Source: Octopus bimaculoides
Taxonomy: Eukaryota
Assembly: GCF_001194135.2 (NCBI RefSeq)
Contig: NC_068997.1
Span: 54,924,538-54,988,537 of the forward strand
Reading direction: 5' to 3'
DNA length: 64,000 bases
Below the pieces are notes generated by a model. The model was not told the origin of the DNA, searched no databases, and was given only the letters and a program-made list of their open reading frames with translations. Shown here piece by piece: positions 1 to 14,634 of the stretch. Both the position numbers and the translations under genes were made by a program. Each line of letters opens with the position of its first letter. Position 1 is the first letter of the stretch.

Positions 1-79
1 ATGCTAAGAATGACACGTGCATTTGATAAAAATCAAATTAAGGATATTGTTCTTTGTAAATGCATAGAGTGAGTGATGA

Positions 80-400
80 GATCCATAGAGATTCAATGCC
101 CATTCCATGCCAATTGTGAACGCTGCTTTAAAATTAACTTCAATATTGCCAAAATAATCTTTTAGATATGATAATGCAGTGCTTCAGAGATATGATAATG
201 CAGTGCTTCAGTGATAGTAGATGAAACTAATCCCTCAAACTCTGATGAAGCCCTATTGTGTCTAGCTTTATGATATCAACCACAGATGCACAAATGCTTT
301 TGGCTCATTACCTCAGTTGACTTATCTATGAGAGACAATGATGGCCTTTTTCAGATCATCAACTTGTTCATCAAGCAGGGTTTGTGGTTAAGAGTTTTCT
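80..400 (+). pseudogene. Highly decayed hAT (ZMYM1-like) transposase fragment
   Basis: Reads SIEIQ...(F)S-VIVDETNPSNSDEALLCLAL*Y...DGLFQII..IKQGL, resembling the family pattern SxEIQNE...FSIIADETTD...EQL..RYV. Frameshifted, with stops. Confidence 0.3.
164..211. repeat. Perfect 24-bp tandem duplication
   Basis: agatatgataatgcagtgcttcag at 164-187 and 188-211. Confidence 0.95.
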
Positions 401-1710
401 TGATGATCATACTGCCCTTCTTTTTTGTGCGACTGTAAATTAAAGCTAACCTGAGGCTGACTTTGCTTATACTTTCAAAAGTTTACTCAAGTGATCAATG
501 AACTGAAAAGTGGGCTGGCTTGTAACATATACAACCAGAATGATACTTTTAACAAGCTGTTAAACACAATCATAGCAATATTTTCAACCAAGTTATGTAA
601 AAATAATGTTAAATATAGAATTTTATATCTCTGGTTAAATTAGTCTAATAATAAAGATATAGATCAATTTTATATATTCTATACAAATGAGAATGTTATT
701 CATGGGAAACCAACTCAATTTTTGCCCAAGAATTATAAAGAACTGAGGTGTTTTACCAATATTAAGTGAATAACCATCATCATCTGTACCAATACAAACA
801 AAATATAAACCCAATTTTATTTCAGAAGTCCTGTTCTGTAAAAATTACAATAATGCATTCCATTTCAACATTCTATTTCAATATCCTTACATGATGTTAT
901 AGTATATAAAATAAAAAGAAGAGACACTATGGAGAAAAATTTAAATGGAACACAAAGAAAACACTAAATACAGCCATTTTCTTTTTTTTCTTTTCACTCA
1001 ACCAAAAAACGTGAGAAATATTGGTGGTGATGTGGCTATCAATATCTTGACAGAACTTCACTCAATTAATTATAATTTACTAAATTGGTGAAGAGACAGA
1101 ACTTAAAATGGATTGTAAATTTCATTCATTAATAAAATATCAGAGAATAACAGATTTACAAACTACTTAACTGGAATTCTAACAGCTCACTCATAGATTT
1201 CTCCCAATAACCAAATAATCAAAGAATCAACATGTGAACAATGCACAGATTAGACAAAGAAGCAAACATTAAAGTAAATTATATTTCTATAATTGCTAAT
1301 GAGCAGTTAATATAGGAAATAAATTAACGATTATCATATAATGTATAGTGATGAAGAGGTAATAAAGAATTTGAAAATAAAAGAAATTAAAGTTTAAGGA
1401 TAGAAAAATTGTTTATATCTGCTGTGTATGTTGATGGTATGTTGAGTTAGAAATGGTTGAGCCATTGCACTCTTAAGAATATGTTCATGCTTGCTTCATT
1501 ACTAATTTGTTTCAATGATTTCTTTAACATAAACACAAAGACAACTTCTTTGTGTTGGTGGCATGATAAAATGTATCCAACAGTTTCTGTTAAGAGGTTG
1601 GTATTAGAAAGGGCAGCCAGTCATAGAAGCATGCTAAAAACTGGAATGTACAAGAGATACATGATCTTCTAACTTATGCCACCATAGAAAGCAGACATAA
1701 AAACTTATAA

Positions 1711-1713
<3 letters not shown>

Positions 1714-1762
<49 letters not shown>
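1714..1762. repeat. (TA)n microsatellite
   Basis: Direct reading. Confidence 0.95.
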
Positions 1763-1765
<3 letters not shown>

Positions 1766-2190
1766 GTGTAGGCATTGCTGTGTGATGAGAAATTTTGCTT
1801 TCCAACCACATGGTCTTGGGTTCAGTCCCACTGTGTGGCACTTTGGCAAGCGTCTCCTTCTATGGACTTGGGCTGACCTAAGTCTGTTGTGAGTGGATTT
1901 GGTAGGCAAAAACTGGAAAAGTCTTGGCTTATGTGTGCTGTCTGTGCATGTGTGTTTTCTCCTTCCTTTGACTTCATGTTGTAGTTGTAAATGAGTGCCA
2001 CTGCCATGCAAGTGGTGTCCTTCATTTCCAATCTTCCATGAAAACATGTCTGGTCATAGGGAAATATTATCTTCCTTGGAAACAGGCAAAGGTTGGTGAC
2101 TGGAAGGACATCCAGCTGTAGAAACTCTGCCTCAGTAAATTCCATCTGACTCATGCAAGCAGGGAAAACTGGATGTTAAACAATGATGAT
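1763..2190 (+). mobile_element. tRNA-head SINE (family A) with RTE-derived 3' tail
   Basis: Head gctgtgtg..ccaaccacatgg..gggttcagtcccactg..ggcactttggcaag. Tail catccagctgtagaaactctgcc...catgcaagc..gatgttaaacaatgatgat is shared with the RTE 3' ends in this window. Confidence 0.85.
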
Positions 2191-3594
2191 ATATGTGTGT
2201 ATGCATGTATGCATACACACACATACACACACACACACACACACATATATATGCAGTTTACTTTTCTATTCAGGTAAGAGTGACAAAAAAAAAAAAGGTA
2301 CTCCATCTGATGAGAGATAAATATTGTTTAATATACACAGTATATAATTATGAGCTCCTACTCATTTCATGCTTGTAACTATACACTGTGTGTGTGTATG
2401 TATTTATATATATATATATAATATGTTTGTATGTATTTTTTATGACTGTGTGTATAAATGACTAATTAGGGAATCCTCCAACTGAACATTACAAACCTAT
2501 TAAAATTATTTGTGTGACAGCGATACAAATTGAAGTGGTTCACTTATTAATTAATATAAGCTGCAACTTTTGTTTACATGACAAAATGATGTAAACAAAC
2601 TGTAACATTAATCAAAAAAGAAGTTAACTATTTCTAACATTGATATTATTTGATTTCCTGGAGGAAGTTTCCAAACTTTATGCAGATTTGTGTGCAATTA
2701 AAGAGTAATTTTAGAGTATTTAAAACAAATTTTAATGTCACTAATTACAAACAAGAATCATGAATTTTGAAGATAATTATTTGAAAATGAAAATATTATT
2801 TTATTGTTACTAAGTTAAATTTTCAGTACATTTCTAATAGCAACAGCAAGCTTCTACATTTGAATTTCATTATTAACAAGAATTAAAAAAAAAATGCAAA
2901 CCACCAATTGCAAAGTCAATCTTTGTTAGTCTTAGAAAACATGTTAACTAGATTCCTTCTGTACTTTGAAACTTGTTGGCAGCATATTCCAGATTGAACT
3001 AGTAAATTATTTCTTCAACTTTGACAACACATATATCTCACTTGCAATGAACTGACTTAGCAAAAGGCTCTTCTATGGGAAATGGATTATAATCTTATTA
3101 CAGCAAGTGTAGCGAAGCTCTCCCTCTTTCCCCATTGACTCTCTTTATAGGCTGTGTTATTGCGTTAGAGTAAGTTACTAACACATTGCATTCCATATTC
3201 TGTACAATCTATCACTTTCCTTCTGACAAGCTTTACAGATAGTCAAGTTTCTGTAAAGTCAGTCACTCTATCTAATAAGTTCTCACTTCTCTGTTGACTC
3301 ACTTTACACACATTCACATTACAGAAGAGTAAGTCAAGTGCAGGCTGCTGTTTACACACAATTTACAGAAAATTACAGAAAACCGACATTGTCAGTCGAT
3401 TACAAACACAGACTGTATTGTCATTTGTGTTAAGTGAAGAGAATTAATTAGTTATTCTTTCATAGGTGTTGTTACCAGTTTTGCAAGGATTATTAAACAA
3501 TAAATGCCCTACTTCTATTTTTATTTTTGAATGAAGTTTACTTGTTAATTTTCACCAATACTGCTTTCTTGTGACCTAATCCAAAAAGAACTAG

Positions 3595-3922
3595 CATGCT
3601 GTCAGTTATGACAATAAGTATTCCAGTTGATCCGATCGATGGAACAACAACCTGCTCATGAAATTAACACGCAAGTGGCTGAGCACTCCACAGACACTTG
3701 TATTCTTAACGTAGGTCACAGGGGGATTCAGTGTAATTCAGAATGTGACAAGGCTGACCCTCTGAAATAAAGGTCCAACTTATTTTTACTGGCTGAGTGG
3801 ACTGGAACAGTGTGAAATAGAGTGTCTTGTTCAAGGACACAATGCACCACCAGGAATTGAACACATGATCTGACAATCGTGAGCTGAATACCCTAACCAC
3901 TAAGCCATGGGCCTTCCCATCA
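3595..3922 (-). mobile_element. tRNA-head SINE (family E; CORE-like middle, tail shared with family D)
   Basis: Reverse head ccctaaccactaagccatg and middle gtgtcttgttcaaggacacaatgc. Tail ccagttgatccgatc..gaaattaac..caagtggctgagcactccacagacac matches 30596-30780. Confidence 0.8.
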
Positions 3923-5574
3923 TGTGACCTAAGTATCAGAGACACCTTTGGATGTCAGTGACAGCTTTGTATACTATTTGTCATGCATCTTTGTTTTGTG
4001 ATACCAAAACACTGTACTATCTTATTCTAACATTAGAATAAAAATGCTATTTTATTGAGACTCCCTTCTTTTTAAACGTAGTGTTGATTTTATTACTGTC
4101 ATTCTGCAATCACACCATATTACGAAAGAGTGGCGACAAATTATGACAAACATCTTTGTCATGAAGAATACATTTATTAGCCCAGCCATTGCTCCACTTA
4201 TTTTAACCCCTTCCACAACAAAATGTGGGAGCAGTTAATACATTTACTCTCTTCACTATCACCCTATTGCAATTAGAAATTTGTTCCTGTCATCTTCTCC
4301 CCCTCCTCCTCCTCAACATCATCACCTACTACTCTTGTATTCTCTCCCAGTTACAGGGACCAATTTCTAGACCCTTGCAGACTACAAGGCAATTTTCACT
4401 AATGATGTTGCCACTGATAAAGCATCTAATACCCTGTGTAAAGTGGTCGGCCAAGGCAGGGCATTGAGCAGTAATGACCATGTCAAAGTAGACATTGCTG
4501 CATGATGCTGTCCCCTGGTTCATCGTTATTAAGCTGATGTCTGCAATATTAATTTACATGAAATTTTAGTAGAAAGTTTTAATTTAGATCACTTAAAGAG
4601 AAAAAACGATGTAGCAGCTTATAACGAAAATAAATGGTTGCAGTAATTAGTATGAGAGAGAGAGAGAGAGAGAGAGAAGATTGGTGACTCTAATATGTAT
4701 TAACACATCAAAAATAAAACAGTTTTTATTCCAAACTATTGATAAAATAGTGAAACCTTATGCAGATCATGCAAGCACAAAAGAAAACCTATGACCAATT
4801 AGAGTCCACTTTTGTTTATTGGCTATAATGTCTCTAATAGAAACTTGTTAATCAAAGGCAACGTAATATGTTCAGTGTTACACTTGCAAGCTATAACCGT
4901 TATATATTATTCCAAAATGTTTCCGTCAGGAAATTATCCCAGTAGCTGTTCGGGTGACAAATACATGTTGTGAATTTCAGAGAAATGATTTAGTTCTTAC
5001 ATGGAGAATCTCCTGTGGGTATTGAGTTGTAATGAGAATTGAGTTCTACTAGCTTTCACTTTACAAAGGTGAGATTACAGATTAACATATTTCACCCAAT
5101 AATCTTTAATAAATAATTAATTGAAATGCACGATGCAGTTAACTCCCTTGTCCTGCAGTAACTCTCCACTTGAAGTATTAAATAACTCTCATTACATCAA
5201 TATCATGATGACATTAACCATTTCTGCAGCACGAAGTTAGAGGTAATGCATAATCATTAATTTATGCAGCTGCCTTATCTCAGAGAATTCTACTTTACAT
5301 ATTTAACTGAAAGTTCTGTGATACATGAACCATCATGAAAGACTGCTATATGACAGAGAATATGGGTTTGTGAAAAAGAACGGCATGCTCAGGAGAAAAG
5401 ATTATATATGCAAAGAAAGGTGGTGGGGTGATGGTGGCAGTGGTTCTTATTATTTAGCCCTAGGTTGTCTCTGATCCAGGATACCTATCATCAAATGCAT
5501 TCCAGCTATAGCAAGTTTATTGTTTCATTTTTTGTTCATTTGTATGTATGCATGTGTATGTGTGTGGGGTGGGG

Positions 5575-5658
5575 GGTACATTTAAAAATCGTTATGCCAA
5601 TCACATAACCTCCTTCCGACATAGGGACAAAAGTAAAGCTACTAAGTTGGCTAGCTAC
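5575..5658 (+). pseudogene. Penelope-like element GIY-YIG endonuclease fragment
   Basis: GTFKNRYANHITSFRHRDKSKATKLASY matches the Penelope pattern TFKxRYxNHxxSFRHxxxxxxTxLSxY. Confidence 0.65.
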
Positions 5659-8600
5659 ACACACACACACACTCACTTTTTGAGTTCTATTTTCCCTGTT
5701 TGCATCTCCAAATCTGTAAAACTATACCAAATATGTCAAGTCAGCGGATTAGTTTATGCCTACAGAGAAAATAGAAATGATGTGGAATTGTGCGATGAAC
5801 ACTGATTATTCCTTTGTTCAGTCCCCTAAATTTCCTACTTGTTAAACCAATGCCTAAGTGGCTGAGTATTCCATAGGTATGTGTACCTTTAGTGTTATTC
5901 TCAGGCTGAATCAGGAAATGAAAACATTACAGATATTAGAGAGAGAGAATTTACTGGACTTCTGGATTGGTATTTTATCAACCCTAAAGGATCAAAAGGT
6001 AATTTTGACCTGACAAGATTTGTATTCAGAGACCAGAGAACCTAAATACTAATACTACAAGACTTTCTATCTGGGACTCTAACAATTCCACCAATTTGCT
6101 GCTCCCGTTAACAGAAAGAAGTTATTTGTGGAATAGTACTGGCAGGTGATATATTTTGAAGCTGATGCTGTTGTTATTATCTTTTTTTTATTATTAGTAT
6201 TACTGTCCTTCTTCTTATTATTATTATCATATAATATCTGTATAGAAAATATAATATGGTTGTTTAATTATATCATCAATAACTAATAATTGCTAATTAT
6301 GTTCGCATTTTGAATCCAATAAAACTGTTGTACACAAGTCACAATCATAAAGCTGGTTGCAGTTAACTCTAAAAGAATTATTTAATCAATGGGAAAATCA
6401 TATTTGTCTTTTATACATTCTCATATCAATCAGTTCTTCAGAAGACAATACATCTGAGAAGAAATCTTGTCTTCACCAAATATTTCAAAAGCAGCTCTCT
6501 CAAAGAAAACACATTGGTAATAATTGATAGAAGAAGCTAGTAGAAACTAGCAGAACTGTGCATTTTAATTATGAGATTTATTTTCTCTTTGTAGCTGGCC
6601 AATTTTTAATTATCCATGTTAGTAAATTTGCACTATTGTTAGGAAATCTGATTCAAATGTATAAAATTCTTCATGAAAAAGAAAAAGGACATATCACAGA
6701 AGATTAAAATTTTTTTTTCTTTAAATAAAATGGTAGAAAGAAAAAGTGTAAACATATCATGTAATCTGTCTTTTAGCAAAAATTGACATTTTTTTGTAAA
6801 TGTTGGGGTATTTGGAGCAGACGGTGTTGAATTCTTTAGATCTTAACAAGGCTTAATTGACTTCAGTGATATTTTAAGATAACTGTTGTGGTTTGATGGC
6901 TCCATATTGCCTTACGTAAAACATCAGTATTTCACAATTATGGTGATATTTGCAGTTATAGACCAACTTTGATGGATCACTGGTACTTTCATTGATAAGT
7001 ATTCAGTTGTTTGATCAGCTGAACCAGTTGCTCATTCAATTATCAAGTGGTTGAGTATTCCACAGATGCATATACCATTAACATGATTCTCAGATGGAAT
7101 CAGTGTGATGTGGAGGAATTGAATTACTGGTATAATGCATCTGACAAATTTCCACACAGCATCTTTCACTCACAAGGTTTGGGTCAGCCCTTGGTTATGG
7201 TAAAAAAAAAAAATACTTTCCCAAGATACCTCATAGGGAGGGAGCGGGTTAGTGGTGCTGGGTAACATCTGAAACTTTCTGTTTGTGAAGGAAATATCTT
7301 AATCATTTGGTCATAGCTCCAATTAAGTATATTAATGATTACTAACATGTGGGCAATGAGCGCACAGTCACAAATTTGGTGCAGCCAACCTCTTATCCCT
7401 AAAAAAAATAAAGACAAAGTTAACTGAAGTGAAATTGGAACACGTAATGCAAAAGGTTGTAACTAAATACCACAAAGCACTTTGTCTTTTGTTCTATGAT
7501 TTCATCGGTATACACTTAATTCTTGAATAGTTACCTAATACAAGTACATCTCTAGGTACTGAGTTCAAATTCCACCCAGCTTAATATTGCCATTCATCCC
7601 TTTTAGAGTTGATACAAATGTACCAAATGCAGCACAAAAGTAAGGATGTCTGGTAGGATGCCTGATGGTATTTGTCCACTTTTTCCATCCTGAGTTATAT
7701 TATTCAGGTGTACTTTAGTAATAGATTTAGTCTGTTGCCTGGATTAACAACCTTGACCTGGCACCTTGGATGGCTTTAACTGCGTCCAGAAAGTTTATTG
7801 TAAGAACTATTGCTGTATAGGAAAATTTGCCATAATATAAAGTATATCATTAGTATTTTTCGAAATATAGAAGAAGAAGAAGAAGAAGAAAGCAAGCCTT
7901 TATTCAACGTCAAACGTTGAAAAACTTGGTGTCATTTAGAATGAAATTTATTGTGAATTTTCCTACAACAAAAATGTTTATGGTACAGAATCCACTCAGC
8001 TTTGCAAGCTGTCAGGCCAAGTCTCCTGCTTGAGGACACCCTCCCTCTTTCCCTCCAGTCTTAGAGACCCTGTAATAGAGTCATGGCTACTGTTGTTCCT
8101 CCAGACCAAGCATTATTTTTTAAAAATCTTGCAAGACTCTTTTTGGAATTTAAAGATTCGAATGAATAACATTCTTCGCATAGAGAATTAGAATTCTATT
8201 TAATTTTAGAAAAATTAATAAAGGTTTATTAAATTGATATGAAATAAAATTAGCAAAAGAAGATAAATTTAGAGGCTGCAAAAAGAGGGTTTATATTATA
8301 AATAATTTTTTGGCCAATGGAGATATGAGTTCTTTGGATTTTTGTATTTTTCTTTAACTTCCTTTCTTAATTTCTTTTTTTTTTTACCTTTTCTTTTACT
8401 GTTTGCCCTGAATACTGAGGCAACAAACATGAAAATACAACGGAAATTGCAATATTTCATATAATGAAAGCAAGCATAGTAAAGACTTTTAATAAAGCTG
8501 ATGAAATTCTTTAAATTATAGTTGTATAAAACTAAATATTATAACATTGTCCCTCAATAAACAGAAACGAATCAACCTTTTCCAATGGAATTTTAATTTC

Positions 8601-9231
8601 TAATTTCCTCTTTGCCATTTATTTCCAGAAGGAGCAATCCACAATGTGAAAAAGGATATTGAATATTCAATCTGGCCAACCAGCTTTCACCATCGGTCCT
8701 TATCTATAGCAATGGCATCAGAGTCATTAAATCTAACATTACATCTCAAGAGAGGAGTCTCATTAACTTGAGAAAGTCTTTTTTAAAAAAAAAGCCTTCT
8801 CTTCCAACACAATAACATCTTTTAACATATTTTTGTGATTCAGACGAGTGGTTAATGGCAATATTTGATTTTAAAAAATGAAACATTTTGAACCTAGCCT
8901 ACTCTCAGCTGACACAGTCTGTGTTGCCACAATTAGTCATGTGCATTCTTTCTATCCACCTTCTTTCTTTCTTTATTTATTTAGTGTGGGGACAATGAAC
9001 TTTGATGATCCTAAAAGAGAATGGAGCTGAGCAAAGCATTTCCCCACAAGCATTAGAAAGTAATATTTCAATTTTGTCATTAATTGAACAATTCCATATA
9101 AAGTAGTTTGGTTGGTGGTGTTCATGGAAATTAGTATCACATATGTGTCACACCGATTCTGCCTGAAAATTACACCAAGGCTACAAATGTCTATGGATAC
9201 CCAGTACCGAAACTGACAGAGATCCTGTATG

Positions 9232-9275
<44 letters not shown>

Positions 9276-9309
9276 ATGTATACATATATATATATATATA
9301 TATATATAT

Positions 9310-9855
9310 NNNNNNNNNNNNNNNNNNNNNNNNNNNNNNNNNNNNNNNNNNNNNNNNNNNNNNNNNNNNNNNNNNNNNNNNNNNNNNNNNNNNNNNNNNN
9401 NNNNNNNNNNNNNNNNNNNNNNNNNNNNNNNNNNNNNNNNNNNNNNNNNNNNNNNNNNNNNNNNNNNNNNNNNNNNNNNNNNNNNNNNNNNNNNNNNNNN
9501 NNNNNNNNNNNNNNNNNNNNNNNNNNNNNNNNNNNNNNNNNNNNNNNNNNNNNNNNNNNNNNNNNNNNNNNNNNNNNNNNNNNNNNNNNNNNNNNNNNNN
9601 NNNNNNNNNNNNNNNNNNNNNNNNNNNNNNNNNNNNNNNNNNNNNNNNNNNNNNNNNNNNNNNNNNNNNNNNNNNNNNNNNNNNNNNNNNNNNNNNNNNN
9701 NNNNNNNNNNNNNNNNNNNNNNNNNNNNNNNNNNNNNNNNNNNNNNNNNNNNNNNNNNNNNNNNNNNNNNNNNNNNNNNNNNNNNNNNNNNNNNNNNNNN
9801 NNNNNNNNNNNNNNNNNNNNNNNNNNNNNNNNNNNNNNNNNNNNNNNNNNNNNNN
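9310..9855. other. Assembly gap (546 N)
   Basis: N run between a (TA)n tract and an RTE 3' end. Confidence 1.
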
Positions 9856-10209
9856 GTGTGGGTGGCACATAAGATGTACCATCCTGAGCGTGACCGTTGC
9901 CAGTACCGCCTGACTGGCCTTGTAGGGTTTTCGAGCGAGATCGTTGCCAGTGCCCCTGGACTGGCTCTTGTGCAGGTGGCACATAAAAGACACCATTTCG
10001 AGCGTGGCCGTTTTCATGCGAGTGACACGTAAAAGCACCCACTACACTCTCTGAGTGGTTGGCGTTAGGAAGGGCATCCCGCTGTAGAAACTCTGCCAAA
10101 TTAGATTGGAGCCTGGTGTAGCCATCCGGTTGCACCAGTCCTCAGTCAAATCGTCCAACCCATGCTAGCATGGAAAGCGGACGTTAAACGATGATGATGA
10201 TGATGATGA
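9856..10209 (+). mobile_element. RTE-clade LINE 3' end (young), 5' part lost in the gap
   Basis: Near-identical to 62714-62989 and 15290-15521. Ends catgctagcatggaaagcggacgttaaac(gat)n. Confidence 0.9.
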
Positions 10210-12569
10210 CATCAGTCTAACACATAGATTTTCATTTTTTAAATCTTAAATACTAAGACAACTGGTTCTACCAAGAATGAATCAATACTAAGTTCTCTGA
10301 ATATCTGTGGATTCTTAGCAACAAACTCTGGTTTATCCTGACATTCCAAACTAAAGAAATTAAAATGAAATAGATGGTATTCCTTTTACTCTGTGACTGA
10401 ATTACTTTATCTTTCCTGCAAGATTGTAGAATTCTGATGAAGCTGCTTTGATTTTAGACTTAAAAATAATAATAAAAAAGAGATAAGATGTGAGCACTGT
10501 TCTTCTACAGTTCCTGTTCTAGAAACGGATTCAAACTTGGATGTCTGATTACTTCTGATGTCATCTTCAAGCCATACAGGCAATATCTTGATGTTATCAT
10601 CCATCTTCTTAAATGGGAAAAGTAGTAAAAGAGTAACATGAAGATATTTTTTTTACTGAAGTATAGATGAATATATTTTACCGGGTCATAGTACGCCTTA
10701 AAAATAGATCATTTCTTTATGACTGACAGCTATACACACGTGTGTTGGAACCAAATTCTTAGTAATTACTACAAACATCAGAAGCTAACTTTTCAAGACC
10801 CTGGAGTATTTTCCTTACATTGAAATAAAAATATTTGTTACCTATTTTCATTGAGATTTTAAAAATAAAAGTTAAAAACTAGATGTAAAATCTGGGTTAA
10901 CATTTGCTCCTTTGAGAAGAATATATTTCTCAAAGATGTGACAAAATTCCCAAACTAAATGAATAAATCAGATAAACCATTTTTTTTTATTTGAACCGAA
11001 AACAAGTTCTTTGAATTCCCTAAGCAAAATGGTTAAATATTTTTAGAGAAGTCAGTTTTGATTTGCTAGGTTGCAGTAACTTGCATCTCTTTACATCGAT
11101 ATTTCTATAAAGCTAATATTTATATAAGTAAAAGAAAAGAAAAAGAAAAAGACATAAAAAATGGTTTAATGTTCTCTGCTTTCTTCTACATTTCAATCTA
11201 TGAGATTATACAGCTAGAATGCAGAAAACATTATCCAAGAATAAATGATTTCTTGGATTTTTTTAAAAATACATATGGAATTTTTTTTATGTAACTTTTG
11301 GAATTTTTTTAACTTTTGGAAATATAATTATTATTTTTAAGTGATTTTTTAGAATTATTTTTTTATGTTTTTCTGTCTCTCTCCAGTAAGCTTACTCTAT
11401 ACTTACATAGAACTTTTGTAACCAGACAATATTATAGAGTAAGATCATCAATAACACACACACACACACATACATATGTTGTATGGAATGTGTTTCTTCT
11501 TTTGCTCTCTATGCGTATGTATATGTGTCTATGTATGTTGTGTGCTTAGTGTATGTATATGTAGGTATGCTAGCGAAATAATATAATATCCAGTACACAC
11601 TTATACCATAAATATAAAGAGGTTGGTATTATATGCTTCTGTGCAGTAACAAGACACTTTAAACCAAACTCTATGTTTGTTCAAACGGTTTGACTTGTAG
11701 ACAGACAGATTAGGATGATCAACATTGGTAAAGATATTTCTGTAATGATACATATAAGCCAATATTCATGTAGTAAATGTGTGACTGTGTGTGACTGTGT
11801 GTGTGTGTGTGTGTTAAAGGGCCATTACAGCGTGGCACTGGTGCCACTGCTCTACACACACACAATACAAGAATAGCAGTGGAACTATAAAATTTGCTTT
11901 GCAGTCATGTTCCTTAGTATTGGGTCGCACAACATTGTGTCTTGAAGCATTGTCTTCTGCTATAGCCCCAAGTTAACCAGTACCATGAGAGTAGAATTCT
12001 TGGATGGAAACTATGCAAACGACTGTCATATATGTAGTTTACTTTTAACTATCATCACCATCATCATCATCATTATTTTAATGAGATTCTCCATGGTCAA
12101 TTGTCAATTCTCACTTTTCAAACAAGGTTATGTTTTACCAAGGCTGGACATCTTCTATTCATTGAAGATCAGGTACCACACTTGTATGATGATGATGATG
12201 ATTGTTTGCAAATAACATGCATGTGAAGGAGACATGCACACACATCTATGGCAAGCCTTTTTTAGTTTCCCTTTACCAAATCCACTCACAATAAGGGTAG
12301 TGCTTCAGTGTATGAGTTAATTTGTTCCTGGAGACCATTTGTAAAGTGAAAACTCAGGAAGCAGAGCAATAATTTCCCATAGTATCAATGTTATAAATCG
12401 TAATTTTACCTATAAAATTTATAATCCTCGTAAATGAATGGCAATAAAACAACAGTAGATTGTAAAGAATATTTTATGTAAAATAAAAAGAATGTGAAGA
12501 TCATTTATGATAAAAAATACTTTCATTATAATTATTTTCTGAATCACTTTCACCTTCACTAGACTCGTG

Positions 12570-12752
12570 CACACCATCACTTGCAGATGTGATTGCCAAG
12601 CCCTCCCTAACACCAACCACTCAGCAGAGTGGACTTGGTGCTTTTTATGTGGCACAAGCACAGGTGAGGTCAGTTTTGGCAAGGTTTTTACAGCTGGATG
12701 CCCTTCCGAACACAAGCCACTTTACAATATAGATATATGCATATATGCACGC

Positions 12753-12790
<38 letters not shown>

Positions 12791-12971
12791 GCATATATAT
12801 ATATATATATATATGCATATGTATATATACAATGGGTTTCTTTTAGTTTCCATTTACCAGATCCATTGAGAAGGCTTTGGTTGGTCCAAGGCTACTGTAG
12901 ATGACACTTGCTCAAGGAGCTATACAGTGGGACTGAACTTTGAGCCATGTAGTTGGGAAGAAAGTGTCTTA

Positions 12972-12975
<4 letters not shown>
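12570..12975 (-). mobile_element. Family A SINE with internal microsatellite and RTE-like tail
   Basis: Reverse head cagtgggactgaac..ccatgtagttggg at 12920-12960. Reverse RTE tail tacagctggatgcccttcc at ~12690. Confidence 0.7.
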
Positions 12976-13025
<50 letters not shown>

Positions 13026-13540
13026 GTACATGCTATGGATTCTACCTATTCACCACCTAAAGTTATTATCACAATATAAATAAGCAACATAAAACCATTA
13101 TTTGAAATATTTTCTATTTCCTGGTTGCATTCCATGCCTCAGAAAAAGCTAAATCTACACCAGGTGGAATTGGAATCTTTATCCCAAAACCATTGCTTTC
13201 TTTTTTCCAATTTATTTTATTTTATTACATTTTTTCCTGTTTTTGTTTATTATTGATATTACCTTAGAAACAGTAAATTATGACTGTATATCTAACTCCA
13301 ACAAAGGTAATCACAGTGTTGCCATTACTGTCAACATTTATGATGTAATTGATGTGATTATTAATTATACACATCTCTCTCTCTTCACCCTCCTGTGAAT
13401 CTTAATATGTCTAACAATGGCTGCTTAGAAACAGGCAGTCTATTGCATTATATATCACATTGTCATCAGCCATAGAAAACAATTCTGTTACTATACTGTA
13501 TAAAAGTATTTGCTAAAATTTGTAAGGTCATAGCGCCAAT

Positions 13541-13680
13541 GTTATGGACATGTGATTAGAATGCGGCAAGAAAGATGTATTCATCAAGTCAAGCCAGCTG
13601 GCAAGAAGTGTAGCGGTCAATCAAGAATGAGACAGTTGGGAATCTGGATGGACAGTCTAATGATGGTCACTTCTGAAAAG
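13541..13680 (+). pseudogene. Old RTE LINE C-terminal relic
   Basis: YGHVIRMRQERCIHQVKPAGKKCSGQSRMRQ resembles the RTE pattern WYGHVxRM...P.G.R.RGRPR.RW. Confidence 0.5.
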
Positions 13681-14634
13681 ACTGCATGCTGGAGGTGCCT
13701 GAGAAATCTACCCCAGTGGACTTCCCAGAAATAACAGGCAGAAAAAATAGACGGATGACACATAAACCTTTTGATTTACCTTGATTTGAATGGATTAAGC
13801 TCTGAAATAATAACGTTCTTCTGCACAAAATTTTCCTATGATAACTTCTCGAGTTTTTCACATTATTAATTATAATGTCCCCACATCATTAATTGTAATA
13901 TATTTGTTGTAAAGATTCCTCTTTTCCTAAAATTTCCCTTTCAGCCACCACTAATGTTTGAAATGACCCAAATCCAAAGATAAAATCCTGAACTCCACTG
14001 CAATCATTTGATTCAGTGTTCTTCCACTTTTGGTATTAGTGCAACATAAAAAAGAAGACATTAACCAATATTTTAACCACTTTACCATTTATACTTTCAC
14101 ACTTCCTATTCTGTCCTGCATTCTCACATTCTACCTGGACCGCACATCTCTATTTTTCTGTCTGACTTGGGCAAACTATGCATTCTCCTCTTCAGCTAGA
14201 CACCTACTCCTCTCCAGTCTATACCCCACTCTGTTGAAGGGCTCTTACCTTGTAGGTAGTTGGTGCATAAAAAGCACTCTGTACATTCTTTGAAATGGTT
14301 GGTGTGAGGAAGGGCATTGAGCTGCGGAAACCATGTCAAAGCAAACACAGAACCTAGTGGAGCCCTCTGGCTCATCTGTTCTTATCAAACTGTCCAACCC
14401 ATGCCAGCATGGAAAAAAGATGTTGAATGATGTCGATGAGGAAAACTTCAAATTCACCCAATTTTCACAACCTTTATGAAACGTTCTCCCTCTATAGATA
14501 TAACAATGACGATAATTACAACTCATGTCTCTAATAACTTCCATTGTCATTTCACTTGACTGCATTCATCACAATCATAATTTACACACATTGTTCTCCT
14601 ATCCTTTTTTTTTTTTTTTGTAATTTTTATTTTC

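Noticed and set aside
2261-2280. Recursive-splice-like YnCAG|GTAAGA motif (also ~38409)
   Set aside because: On the plus strand, opposite to the supported gene; expected by chance in 64 kb of AT-rich DNA.
3151-3169. Plus-strand 19-nt micro-exon-like cassette (ctctttatag|...|gtaagt)
   Set aside because: Antisense to the only supported gene, with no partner exons found on +; likely chance.
3108-3410. Possible solo LTR starting TGTAGCG
   Set aside because: No convincing CA end with TSD, polyA signal or second copy.
7184-7417. Minus-strand acceptor with phase-compatible G|GG start as THSD7 exon 2
   Set aside because: Translation GIRGWLHQICDC lacks the GxWxxC TSP1 pattern and looks non-coding.
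9191-10135. Long ORFs of 200-360 aa here and at 61822-62913
   Set aside because: They are open only because they run through N gaps; the flanks are RTE 3'UTR and microsatellite.
10407-10608. Minus-strand ORF with a pyrimidine tract (MDDNIKILPVWLEDD...)
   Set aside because: No good donor, phase-1 entry hits a stop at once, and no recognisable domain.
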